Assembly (NCBI GenBank): GCA_003170595.1
Contig: PMZA01000195.1
Coordinates: 80-64,079 of the forward strand
Length of the DNA: 64,000 nucleotides
Origin: Armatimonadota bacterium
Lineage (GTDB): Bacteria > Armatimonadota > Zipacnadia > Zipacnadales > FEN-943
Reading direction: 5' to 3'
The position numbers and the translations under genes are program-made. This document shows, in pieces, positions 25,472 to 33,900 of this stretch. Under the pieces are notes generated by a model, which made no database searches, had not been told where the DNA came from, and saw only the letters and a list, made by a program, of their open reading frames with translations. Each line of letters opens with the position of its first letter. Position 1 is the stretch's first letter.

Positions 25472-28400
25472 CTAGGGTTTCGCCGCAGGTACCCACGCCG
25501 CATACTCCGACTTGTCCGCCCCGGCACTGGCGAAGTCACACAGCACGACGTCCGCGCCTGCTGTCTTCGCCCGCAGCAGAACCCACGGCGCCGGGCCTGA
25601 GACCTCCGCCGTCTCAGGCTGCAACTCCAGCCCCTCGGCACGGAGTCCAGGCAGTGCGTCCATCGCCAGTGTCGGGTTGAAACGTTTGTCGACGGCCAGT
25701 AGCACCGGTCCACGGAAGATCGCGACGCGCCCCTCCGTGGAGCCGCGGCCGTGAAGAGCCCGTGGGGTGAAGTCGAAGATCAGGCGCACCCGATCACCGG
25801 GCGCCCACCGACGGTTGATCTTCAGGTAGGTCCCAGGCGTCGGCGTCGGCAGCTTCTCCTCACCGACCTCTACGTCGGTGACCCGCGACCACTCCGGAAT
25901 CCGCAGCCAGAGCCCGAAGGTGGCGGCCTGCGCGGGGTTCACCTCGAGGTCGACGACCGGGTCCGCGGGATAGCGCGTCTGCTGGCGCACGGTCACCGAC
26001 TGCCGGCCAACCTGCGCGCGAACCGAGCAGTCGCCGTAGTAGTTGATCGCCAGCGCGGGCGGATCGCCCGGCGAGACGGTGGCGCCCCACTTCACGATCT
26101 GAGACATTCCGGTCAGCCCCCAGGCCGGGCAGCAGGCCATGTGGCTGTTCGGCCGAATCTCGCGGGTGCCGTTCAGCGGGACGGTGATCGCGTACTCGCT
26201 GCCGTCCGGAAGCTGCGCCGCGAGGTGGGCATTGTAGAGAGAGAGCTCGATCTGATCGGCGCACCGGGGGTCGCCGGTGGACATCAACACCTCGGTGGAG
26301 AAGCGCATGAAGGCCGTCGCCGCGCAGGTCTCCATCGCGGCCTCGGTGTAAGGGTCGCCTGACCAGAACTCGCTGGCGAAGGAGCACATGTTGCCATCGG
26401 CCGCCAACTCGTGGGCGACCATTTCCCGCCACCAGTGGAGCATCGCCGTCTTGAGCCGCTCATCGCCGGTCACGTCGTAGAGGTCGAGGGCCGCCCCGAA
26501 GGAGATGGTCATCTCGAAGCCGTGACCCCAGTGAAGGTCGGTCAGCGACCTCCCCTGCTCGGCGAGGGTGAGGTACTGCGGGCCGTTCGGGGCCTCTTCC
26601 CACGCGCGCACGATCTTCTGGGCCATCTGGAGGTAGCGGGCCCGACCGGTGAGGCGGTAGAGCTGGACCATCGGCCCAAGGATGCAGTCGTTGTTGGAGC
26701 CGGTGTTGTAGCTGAGGTCCTCGGTGTTGGGCTTGCCCGGGCCGAACTCCGCGCAGACGAGGTCGGCCAGGTGCATCGCCGATCGCAGGACCGCATCGCT
26801 TCCGGTGACCTTGTAGTACTCGAGGAAGGCCGTGAGTTCGTGGTGGATGATGTAGAGATCCCAGTTCTCCAGATGCAGGCCCGCCCCGGTTAGGCGGACG
26901 TCCTTCGGGTACGAGCCGAGGTAGCCGTCGACTTCCTGGGCAGCGATGCCCTCGGCGATCTTGCCGTCGAGCATGGCGCGGACATCGGAGTCACGCGTGA
27001 GTTCGTAGAAGAGCGTCGCGCCGGTCATGAACTTGCCGTAGGACTCGCCCCACCAGGAATGTGGGCCTCGCGAGAGTTCATGGTCGCGCAGGCAGCGGAC
27101 GATGTCCGGGTTAATCTCTGGATAGCGCAGTACCCAGTTCGCCAGGGCCTCGGCGCAGCGGTCGGCGACCGGTCCCTCCTCACCCACGCGCAACTCCTCG
27201 GCCGGGCGCATCACGAACCGTTCGGGCAGCGAGGGCGGCTTCAGCGGCTGCGTGTCCACCGGCGGATCGGCGGGGACGGAGAACTCGGCCGACTTCGCGA
27301 CGACCCCGTCGGGCAGCGCCTGGACCGTCCAGGCGTAAGTCTGCCCCGCCTCGAAGCGGTCGGCGCTCTGGTAGGCCGTCCCTTTCACCGTGGTCGCGAC
27401 CAGGGGCTTCTCGAGAGTCGCGATCGGCCAGACGGTCAGCTTGTACTCCTGCGCACCGGGCGATGCGGACCACCGAAAGTGCGGCTGCTCATAGCGCTTC
27501 AGTGGGCCAACCGGAGCCACCGCAATCGGAGCCGGAGTCGGAGCCACTACGGCTGCGGCCTCCCGCCCCTCGACCGGCCCTACGACCACGAAGCGCGGAT
27601 CGCACGAGAGGTTCCTCCCGCGCGCCTGCAACCAGTCCGCCGAGAGCACGCGAGGGGTGACGCGCACGCTATCGATCAGGCCCTTCCACTCCCACGCCGG
27701 GCGGTCCCAGGAGCCCAGGCACACCGACGCGATGGGGAGCGGCGCCGCGCCATAGTCGGTCTTCTGCGGCTCGCCGTTGACCCAGATTCGCGACTCGCGC
27801 GCCTTGTAGGTGGCGGCGTAGGCGACCCACTTTCGCGGCGGCACGGCCCTCCCGAAGAGCGGCATCTGCCAGTTCTCCCACACGCGTCCCGGCAGGTGCG
27901 TGCACGAATACGAGCGGTCGTTGATGAGGCCGAGGTTGAGGAGAGGCAGGCGATTCTCCGCCGGGACCCACGCGAGAGGGTCGTACTTGAGGCCGCTCGC
28001 CGCCATCCCCGGAGGGCCGGGCGCTTCCTGGGCGCGCACGCCTTCCGGCCAGGCCGAGACCAGCGTCCGCCCGTGCCAGGAACCCTTCGACGGCGGATCA
28101 TCCTCGCGGGCCAGGCACTCGATCGTCCAGCCTTCCTCACTCGCCCGGGAGGCCTCGGGCAGGATCACCTGCACCACGCCGCCCGCCCCGGTCCGGAGCG
28201 CAGGACGAATCCATCCGGGCTGGAACTGGAGGTCACGCGTGCTCGTGATCTTGCCGCCCTCGGGCCGAAGACCAAGAGATCCCGCGTCGTAGGCCATCGA
28301 TAGCTCGGCCCCATCGCCGGGCATGACAGGAGGACTCGCCGGGGCGGACTTGGACGGTCCGCCGTAGTAGAGGTGGACGGACTGCCCCGCCACGCCTGCC

Positions 28401-28714
28401 CGAATCCGAGGGACGTTGAGGCACACCACAATCCCCAGCGCCGGGTCACAGAACTCCACGCGGAGCGGCACGACCTCGCCCTCTGCGCCGGAGGTGGCCT
28501 GCAGGTCACTGCCATCGGGCGTGGCGAGGTGAAGCTCCCGCGGCGAGAAGCGGAGTTCCAGGGGGAAGTCGACCAGATCGTCTTTCAGGTCGGTGCCATC
28601 GAGGAGAACGACGCGCCGCAGCGGCGAAGGCTGGTCGTGCCAAGGCTGGCGCTGCGCGCTTCCGGCGGCAAGACTGCAGGCAATCGCGCAGGCAAGGCAA
28701 AGGACCCAGGTCAT
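25472..28714 (-). CDS. Gene J: 1080-aa secreted DUF2341-like + LamG-like + GH127 (DUF1680, beta-L-arabinofuranosidase-type) fusion
   Basis: The track ORF runs to 29224, which would overlap the HEAT gene. ATG 28714 has SD GAGGAG 10 nt upstream and gives the signal peptide MTWVLCLACAIACSLAAGSA. DUF2341-like: LVDFPLELRF...DGSDLQ...VHLYYGG. LamG-like: WVAYAATYKARESRIWVNG...LIDSVRV. GH127: HSWWGESYGKFMTGATLFYE, AMETCAATAFMRF (Glu-x-Cys), NSHMACCPAWG (Cys-Cys), as in HypBA1-type enzymes. Confidence 0.85.
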   Translation of the reverse strand: MTWVLCLACAIACSLAAGSAQRQPWHDQPSPLRRVVLLDGTDLKDDLVDFPLELRFSPRELHLATPDGSDLQATSGAEGEVVPLRVEFCDPALGIVVCLNVPRIRAGVAGQSVHLYYGGPSKSAPASPPVMPGDGAELSMAYDAGSLGLRPEGGKITSTRDLQFQPGWIRPALRTGAGGVVQVILPEASRASEEGWTIECLAREDDPPSKGSWHGRTLVSAWPEGVRAQEAPGPPGMAASGLKYDPLAWVPAENRLPLLNLGLINDRSYSCTHLPGRVWENWQMPLFGRAVPPRKWVAYAATYKARESRIWVNGEPQKTDYGAAPLPIASVCLGSWDRPAWEWKGLIDSVRVTPRVLSADWLQARGRNLSCDPRFVVVGPVEGREAAAVVAPTPAPIAVAPVGPLKRYEQPHFRWSASPGAQEYKLTVWPIATLEKPLVATTVKGTAYQSADRFEAGQTYAWTVQALPDGVVAKSAEFSVPADPPVDTQPLKPPSLPERFVMRPAEELRVGEEGPVADRCAEALANWVLRYPEINPDIVRCLRDHELSRGPHSWWGESYGKFMTGATLFYELTRDSDVRAMLDGKIAEGIAAQEVDGYLGSYPKDVRLTGAGLHLENWDLYIIHHELTAFLEYYKVTGSDAVLRSAMHLADLVCAEFGPGKPNTEDLSYNTGSNNDCILGPMVQLYRLTGRARYLQMAQKIVRAWEEAPNGPQYLTLAEQGRSLTDLHWGHGFEMTISFGAALDLYDVTGDERLKTAMLHWWREMVAHELAADGNMCSFASEFWSGDPYTEAAMETCAATAFMRFSTEVLMSTGDPRCADQIELSLYNAHLAAQLPDGSEYAITVPLNGTREIRPNSHMACCPAWGLTGMSQIVKWGATVSPGDPPALAINYYGDCSVRAQVGRQSVTVRQQTRYPADPVVDLEVNPAQAATFGLWLRIPEWSRVTDVEVGEEKLPTPTPGTYLKINRRWAPGDRVRLIFDFTPRALHGRGSTEGRVAIFRGPVLLAVDKRFNPTLAMDALPGLRAEGLELQPETAEVSGPAPWVLLRAKTAGADVVLCDFASAGADKSEYAAWVPAAKP

Positions 28715-28835
28715 CAAAGGGTAGCTCCTCAGCGTGTTGCAATGCCTTCGCCAACGTCCCGCCCGCACCTCTGCAGGGCCAGCCAGCTGCTCATTGCGTC
28801 CGGGCGTGACAGTATGCCATATATTGCAGAAGCTA

Positions 28836-28863
28836 TTGACATTAGAGTGCGCTATGGTACTAT
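28836..28863 (+). promoter_or_regulatory. Sigma70-type promoter candidate for the HEAT-repeat gene
   Basis: TTGACA (28836-28841), 16 nt spacer, TACTAT (28858-28863). It sits in the only clearly AT-rich patch of the window, about 100 nt upstream of ATG 28967. Confidence 0.45.
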
Positions 28864-28869
28864 TGTCAG
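28841..28869 (-). promoter_or_regulatory. Candidate divergent promoter for the J-I-H-G block, interlocked with the plus-strand promoter
   Basis: The minus strand reads CTGACA (28869-28864), 17 nt spacer, TCTAAT (28846-28841). Its -10 abuts the plus-strand -35 and its -35 abuts the plus-strand -10. The leader to ATG 28714 would be about 120 nt. Confidence 0.3.
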
Positions 28870-28966
28870 AGCTACGGCCCGACCACAGTCGAATCCATCC
28901 AAGACCGCAGCCTTCTGAGCGTATGACCTTCCTGTTCCCCAGGGTCATCTGCATGGAGGTGCGAGC

Positions 28967-29602
28967 ATGGCTTCTCTGAAAGAGTGGGTCACCCAGCGCA
29001 AAGCGAAGGGTTGCCTGTCCCAGCTCATGAGCCTCGACCCCACGGTCTCCACCGCAGCCGCCGGACGTCTGGTCAAGATGGGCTCGCCGGCTGTCCCCTT
29101 CATCGTCGACGAACTCAAGCGTGGCCCGGCCCGCATGAGAGCATCCGTCGCCCTCGTCCTCGGTCACATCCGCCATGTCTCCACGGTCCCGCACCTGGCC
29201 GATCGCCTCAACGACCCCGACCATGAGGTACGCGACGCCGCCGAGAGAGCCCTGGCCGACATGGGCGGCGTTGCCGTTCCGGTGCTCCTGACGCGCCTCG
29301 GCAACGACAATCCCGCGATCCGAAAGATGGCGGCCACGATCCTCGGCGAGATCGGCGATCCCCGCGCGGTCACGCCCCTTCTCGGCGCCCTCGCCGACGA
29401 GGATCTCGGCGTCCGCCAGTGCACGGCCGAGGCCCTCGGGGCTCTCAAGGCCGAGGTCGCCATTCCCAACCTCGTAAAGCTCCTCGACGACCCCATACCG
29501 GTCATCCGGTCGTCGGCGCTCACCGGTCTCGACCGCATGGGCACACCTTCAGCTCGTAAGGCGCTGCACGATTGGCGCGAGCGGCAGGCCAAGATCCGCT
29601 AG
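28967..29602 (+). CDS. Gene K: HEAT-repeat (PBS-lyase HEAT-like) protein, cytoplasmic
   Basis: SD GGAGG about 7 nt before the ATG. Repeated units such as VPHLADRLNDPDHEVRDAAERALADMG, GDPRAVTPLLGALADEDLGVRQCTAEALGALK and LVKLLDDPIPVIRSSALTGLDRMG. No signal peptide and no DNA-binding motif seen. Confidence 0.85.
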   Translation: MASLKEWVTQRKAKGCLSQLMSLDPTVSTAAAGRLVKMGSPAVPFIVDELKRGPARMRASVALVLGHIRHVSTVPHLADRLNDPDHEVRDAAERALADMGGVAVPVLLTRLGNDNPAIRKMAATILGEIGDPRAVTPLLGALADEDLGVRQCTAEALGALKAEVAIPNLVKLLDDPIPVIRSSALTGLDRMGTPSARKALHDWRERQAKIR

Positions 29603-29628
29603 CCCCACCGGTGCATCGTCCGCAGGAA

Positions 29629-30399
29629 CTAGCCTTCGGCGATCCGCGTCACCGCTCGCCGGACTTCGGCCAGTTGGCAGGCGACCTCCGCATACTCGTT
29701 GTGCGCCGAGTGGTGCTCCACGCCCCAGTAACCGTCGTACCCGGCGTCGAGGAGCAGGCGCATCTTCTCCTCCAGGCAGGCGCGAGTGATGTTCGCGTCG
29801 ACATGCGTGTGGATGGCCCACGGCGCGGCCAGGCGGTCGCCATCGTCCTCATGACCCTCGATCCAGTGACCGATGTGGAGGAGGATGCCGTAGGCCGGAT
29901 GCGCCACGGCGTCATGCACGCGCTTCATGACCGGAGGCGTCAGCGAGGGGCCCCAGTGCGTCTCGGGCCCGATCTTGAAGCCGTGGTCGCCGGCGAATTG
30001 GGCGTACTCGCGATAGCGTCCGGCGATGAGGTCGAACTGCTCGTTGGTCAGCTCTTCGCCGGCGCCGCCCATGTCGATACGCACGGTCATGGCGCCGAGG
30101 AAGGCGGCGGCTTTGAGATGCTCGAGCGCCTGGCGATAGTTGCGCTCGCGTGCCTCGGGGTCATCCTCCCATACGTGCACGCCATCGACGTGGTAGTTGG
30201 CCAGTACCATCTCGCGCTCGGCCAGGCCCTGCTTCACCTTCGCAAGGTGGTCGGGGTCGATGGGGCCCATCGTGCCGTTCCAGAAGTCCGCCGCGTCCAG
30301 CCCATAGCGATACCTCACCGTCTCCAGATACCCGAAAGCATCCATCATCCCCGCGCCCGTCAAGCCGTGAAACGAGTATGAGGCGATTGAGATCTTCAC
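29629..30399 (-). CDS. Gene L: sugar phosphate isomerase/epimerase-type (xylose isomerase-like TIM barrel, AP_endonuc_2) protein
   Basis: GTG start at 30399 with GGAGAG about 5 nt upstream. Motifs MKISIASYSFHG, VRIDMGG, GPETHWG and WGVEHH follow the metal-binding barrel pattern of the family. No signal peptide. Confidence 0.8.
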   Translation of the reverse strand: MKISIASYSFHGLTGAGMMDAFGYLETVRYRYGLDAADFWNGTMGPIDPDHLAKVKQGLAEREMVLANYHVDGVHVWEDDPEARERNYRQALEHLKAAAFLGAMTVRIDMGGAGEELTNEQFDLIAGRYREYAQFAGDHGFKIGPETHWGPSLTPPVMKRVHDAVAHPAYGILLHIGHWIEGHEDDGDRLAAPWAIHTHVDANITRACLEEKMRLLLDAGYDGYWGVEHHSAHNEYAEVACQLAEVRRAVTRIAEG

Positions 30400-30550
30400 G
30401 TTGTCTCTCCGTGGTCAGATTGCCCTTCGCGGTCAGTATAGACCCGAGCCAGGCATGCAGGACACACCGCCTGCGGATGGAAGACTCCGCCTGCAGCTAG
30501 ACCGGACTCGGGGGAGAGGTCAAGCTCGCAACTTCGTGGAGGGAGACATC

Positions 30551-30997
30551 ATGAGACTTAGCTTCGTGCATCTGCGTCATCCGCACATCGAGGAGCGCAA
30601 GGAGGAAGGCCCAGCCAAGGTTCGTGAGCCCGGCGGCGGCTTCAACAGTCGTATCGCCCTGGGTCTGACCGCGGCCGTGGGGACGATGTGGTGCGCGTAC
30701 GCCTTCGCCTGCCTTGCCCTCGTAGCGCTGCCGGATGCGTTCAAACAGGGCACCTTCGCCACGGTCCAATGGGTCAGCCAGACGTTCATCCAGTTGGTCA
30801 TGCTGTCGGTGATCATGGTCGGCCAGAACCTCCTGGGGCAAGCCTCGGACAAGCGGGCCGACATGACTTACAAGGACGCTGACGCCACTTTCCACGAGGC
30901 CGAGCAGATCCAGGAACACCTCAAAGCCCAGGACGACGCGATCAACACGATCCTGGACCGGCTGGAGAAGCTGGAGGCCAGGCTGACGAAGCAATGA
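30551..30997 (+). CDS. Gene M: small (148 aa) two-TM membrane protein, DUF1003-like / low-affinity-iron-permease-like
   Basis: The track ORF starts at 30401. ATG 30551 has SD GGAGGGAG 5 nt upstream. Hydrophobic helices IALGLTAAVGTMWCAYAFACLALVAL and VSQTFIQLVMLSVIMVG are followed by QN...DKRA and a coiled-coil-like tail (QEHLKAQDDAINTILDRLEKLEARL). The stop TGA at 30995-30997 overlaps the next ATG (ATGA). Confidence 0.65.
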   Translation: MRLSFVHLRHPHIEERKEEGPAKVREPGGGFNSRIALGLTAAVGTMWCAYAFACLALVALPDAFKQGTFATVQWVSQTFIQLVMLSVIMVGQNLLGQASDKRADMTYKDADATFHEAEQIQEHLKAQDDAINTILDRLEKLEARLTKQ

Positions 30998-33900
30998 CCC
31001 CTTCGTCGAATCGCGCAAGGTGGCGCCTACTGGTGGCGGTGGCGATGCTGTGCCTGAGCGCCGCCGGTGCCTGGGCGGGTCAGGTATCAGCCACAAAGTC
31101 GGGCGGTCATGTCACGCTCGCCAACGGCTTGTGCCGTATCGATCTGGATGCGGCGACTGGCGAGATCGCCGCACTGACGCCGGGGCCGGAGTCGCTGCGT
31201 GGGCGATGGTTCGAGGTCGTGGAAGAGGATCGCACGGGCCTCGCCGCCTGGGAGACGTGGAAGCAGGGCAGCGAGTCGATCTTCTCGGGCGGACCGGCGG
31301 ACGTGACCGAGGGCGTCGAGGGCGGCCTTGCGGTCGCACACATGCTATGGACGCGGCCCAACGGTCTGCGCGTCGAGGGCGAGGTCGCGCTGGGCGCGGG
31401 TGAGGCAGGACCACGCTTCCGCCTCCGCGTCACCAACACCACCGGCGCCGCGCTCGTGGATACGATGCGCATCGTCCTTCGCGGCGTCGAGTTGGGCGCG
31501 GCGGAGGACGACTGGTTCACCTGGCCGCACACGCTGGGCGCGCGGTTCCGGGTGATGGGGTTCAAGCCCGGCGAGAAGCTCGAGCACGCGTACCCCGACT
31601 TCATGTACATGCAGTGGCTCGACCTCTATGACGCCCAGCAGGGCGTGTACGTCGGCTGCCTCGACGATTACGGCTGGTGCAAGAACCTGTTCATCGGCCG
31701 CGACCGCGACGGCAAGAGCACGATGGGCTTCACCTTCCCCGGATGCTGGGTCGCGACGAAGGGCGATAGCTGGACCACGCCCTGGGTGATGATCGCGGCC
31801 CATCGGGGCGACTGGCATGCCGGCGCCGACCTGTACCGCCCCTTCGCCCAGAAAGCCTTCGGGCCCCTCGACCCGCCCGAGCGAGTGCGCGAGATGCCGA
31901 CCGCGCAATGCTGGCTCGCCCATCACGCCAGCGACGGCGACGTGGGCAAGCTCTTCGAGATCCAGCAGCAGGCGCCCATCCACGCGTCGTACCTGATGAA
32001 GTCGCTGAACACCTCGACGCCGGAGGGCTGGGACGGCATGCGCGGGTCGGCGCTGGAACTGACCGAGGCCTTCGACCGCATCCGCAAGCTGGGCGGATCG
32101 CCGGCCTTGTTCACCTTCGACCGCGCGCCGCTGATGGGCAAGCCGAACTACGCGGCCTACGTGGGGCGATGGACCTGCGTGCGGCGCGACGGCAGCTTCG
32201 CCGAGGGCTTCCGCGACATGATGCCCTCGCCCTTCGACGCCGACCTCGTGAAGGCGCGCGTCGGCGAGTCGGTGCGATGGGTGCGCAACTTCGGCATCGA
32301 CGAGATCCATTTCGACACCGCCGCGACGACCAACCCGAGTTTGGCGGGTCCGTGCTATCGGGCGGACCAGAAGCAGCGGCCGAATGAGGTGCCGCACTAC
32401 TTCAAGCTCCTCTACCGGGCCATCCGAGACGGCTGCCGGCAGTACAACCCGCAGTTCATCCTGCGGGCGGAACATTGCGCCGACTTCTTCTTCCCCGAGT
32501 TCCTCACGTCGACCGCTCACCTCTTCGAAACTGGCAACATCGTCATGCAGCACAACCCGCCGGCCGATGCCCAGCTCATGCCGATCCTTTTCCGCTACAC
32601 CCTTCCGCGCCACGCCGCGCTCGAGATGCCGAGCATGAGCGATAGCGACTTCTGGACCTTCGGCTACGGGATGGGCTACGGCTTCCATGGCGGCGGGCCG
32701 TCGTGGTGCTTCAACCCGGGCGCGCGCGAGGCCGAGAGCCCGCCGGGCGAGCTTTTGCATCGCTACCAGTTCTGCGAGGACGAGTGGCGGAGGTACTACG
32801 ACTTCCGCGTAGGGTTCGAGGAGGCGGTGGTGGACGCGGAGCGGTCGGACATCGTGGCTGAGGCGCAGATTGACGGGCAGTGGCGGCGGTGCGACTTCCC
32901 GGGGCCGTTGGTTGCGGTGACGCACTCCGTCACAGTGACGCACAGTGGCGCGGGGCGAGAGGTCACGCTGGGGCAATGGTTTGACCTCAGCCACACGCTG
33001 TACTTCGGCGAGCGGTTCGTCGGGGCGGACAGGAAGGCGCCGCGGAAGGTCCTGCTCCGCGTGCCGACGCGGCTCGCGCATCCGCGGGTCAGGCTGTTCG
33101 GCCGGGATGGCGAGGTGAAGATCGAGCCGCGTGTGACCGGCGGCATCGTTGAGTGTGAGGTCGCGGACCCGACGTGCTTCGCCCTCGAGGTGTTCGAGGG
33201 ACCGTCGGTGACCCTGCGGGTGCCGGAGTGGGCGCGACCGGGTGAGACGGCGCAGGTCAGCATCACCGTTGACCAGCCCAGCCCGCGGGCGGGGAAGCTC
33301 GAGATCGGCCTCCCCGCTGGCTGGAAGGCTGTGGCGCCAATCGCGATCCCGGCCCCTCCAAGCTTCACGACAACCGTGGCCGTGGCCGTGCCGTCGGGCA
33401 TCTTCGGAAGGAACTACCCGATCAAGGCCGTGCTGCGCACCGGGAACGAGACGCGGACGACGGCGGTACACCTGCTGGTGATGGAGCCGCTCACGGTCCT
33501 CTATGGCTTCGACACGCTCCAGAACGGTAGCCTCACCGGGGCGAACTGCGTGGGGCCGGGGCAGAAGGCGCGCCTGACCGTCACCTGCGTCAACAACGCC
33601 CCGCGGCCCGTCGACCTCAAGATCGAGGTGGGCGGCGAACAGGTTTCGGGTAGCCAGACCGCCCGCGCCGAGGGCGCCTCTCTTCGCGACTTGGGCCGCA
33701 CCGACGGCGTCCTGCGCAAGTGGATCGATGGCAAGGGTCCCATGCCCGCGAACGTCGTCATCAAGACCTTCGACTACGACTGCACCGGTGTGCCTGGCAA
33801 ACCCGCTCACCTGCGCGTTCTGGCGGACGGGAAGCCCGCCTTCGAGGCCCACACCTACCCTCGCACGCGCCTGATGGACCTCGCCGGCGCGTGGAAGCTG

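Noticed and set aside
28715-29224. 5' extension of the gene J ORF to 29224 in the track (1250 aa)
   Set aside because: The extension would overlap the HEAT-repeat gene K on the other strand and cross the AT-rich promoter island. The internal ATG 28714 has a GAGGAG SD and starts a proper signal peptide.
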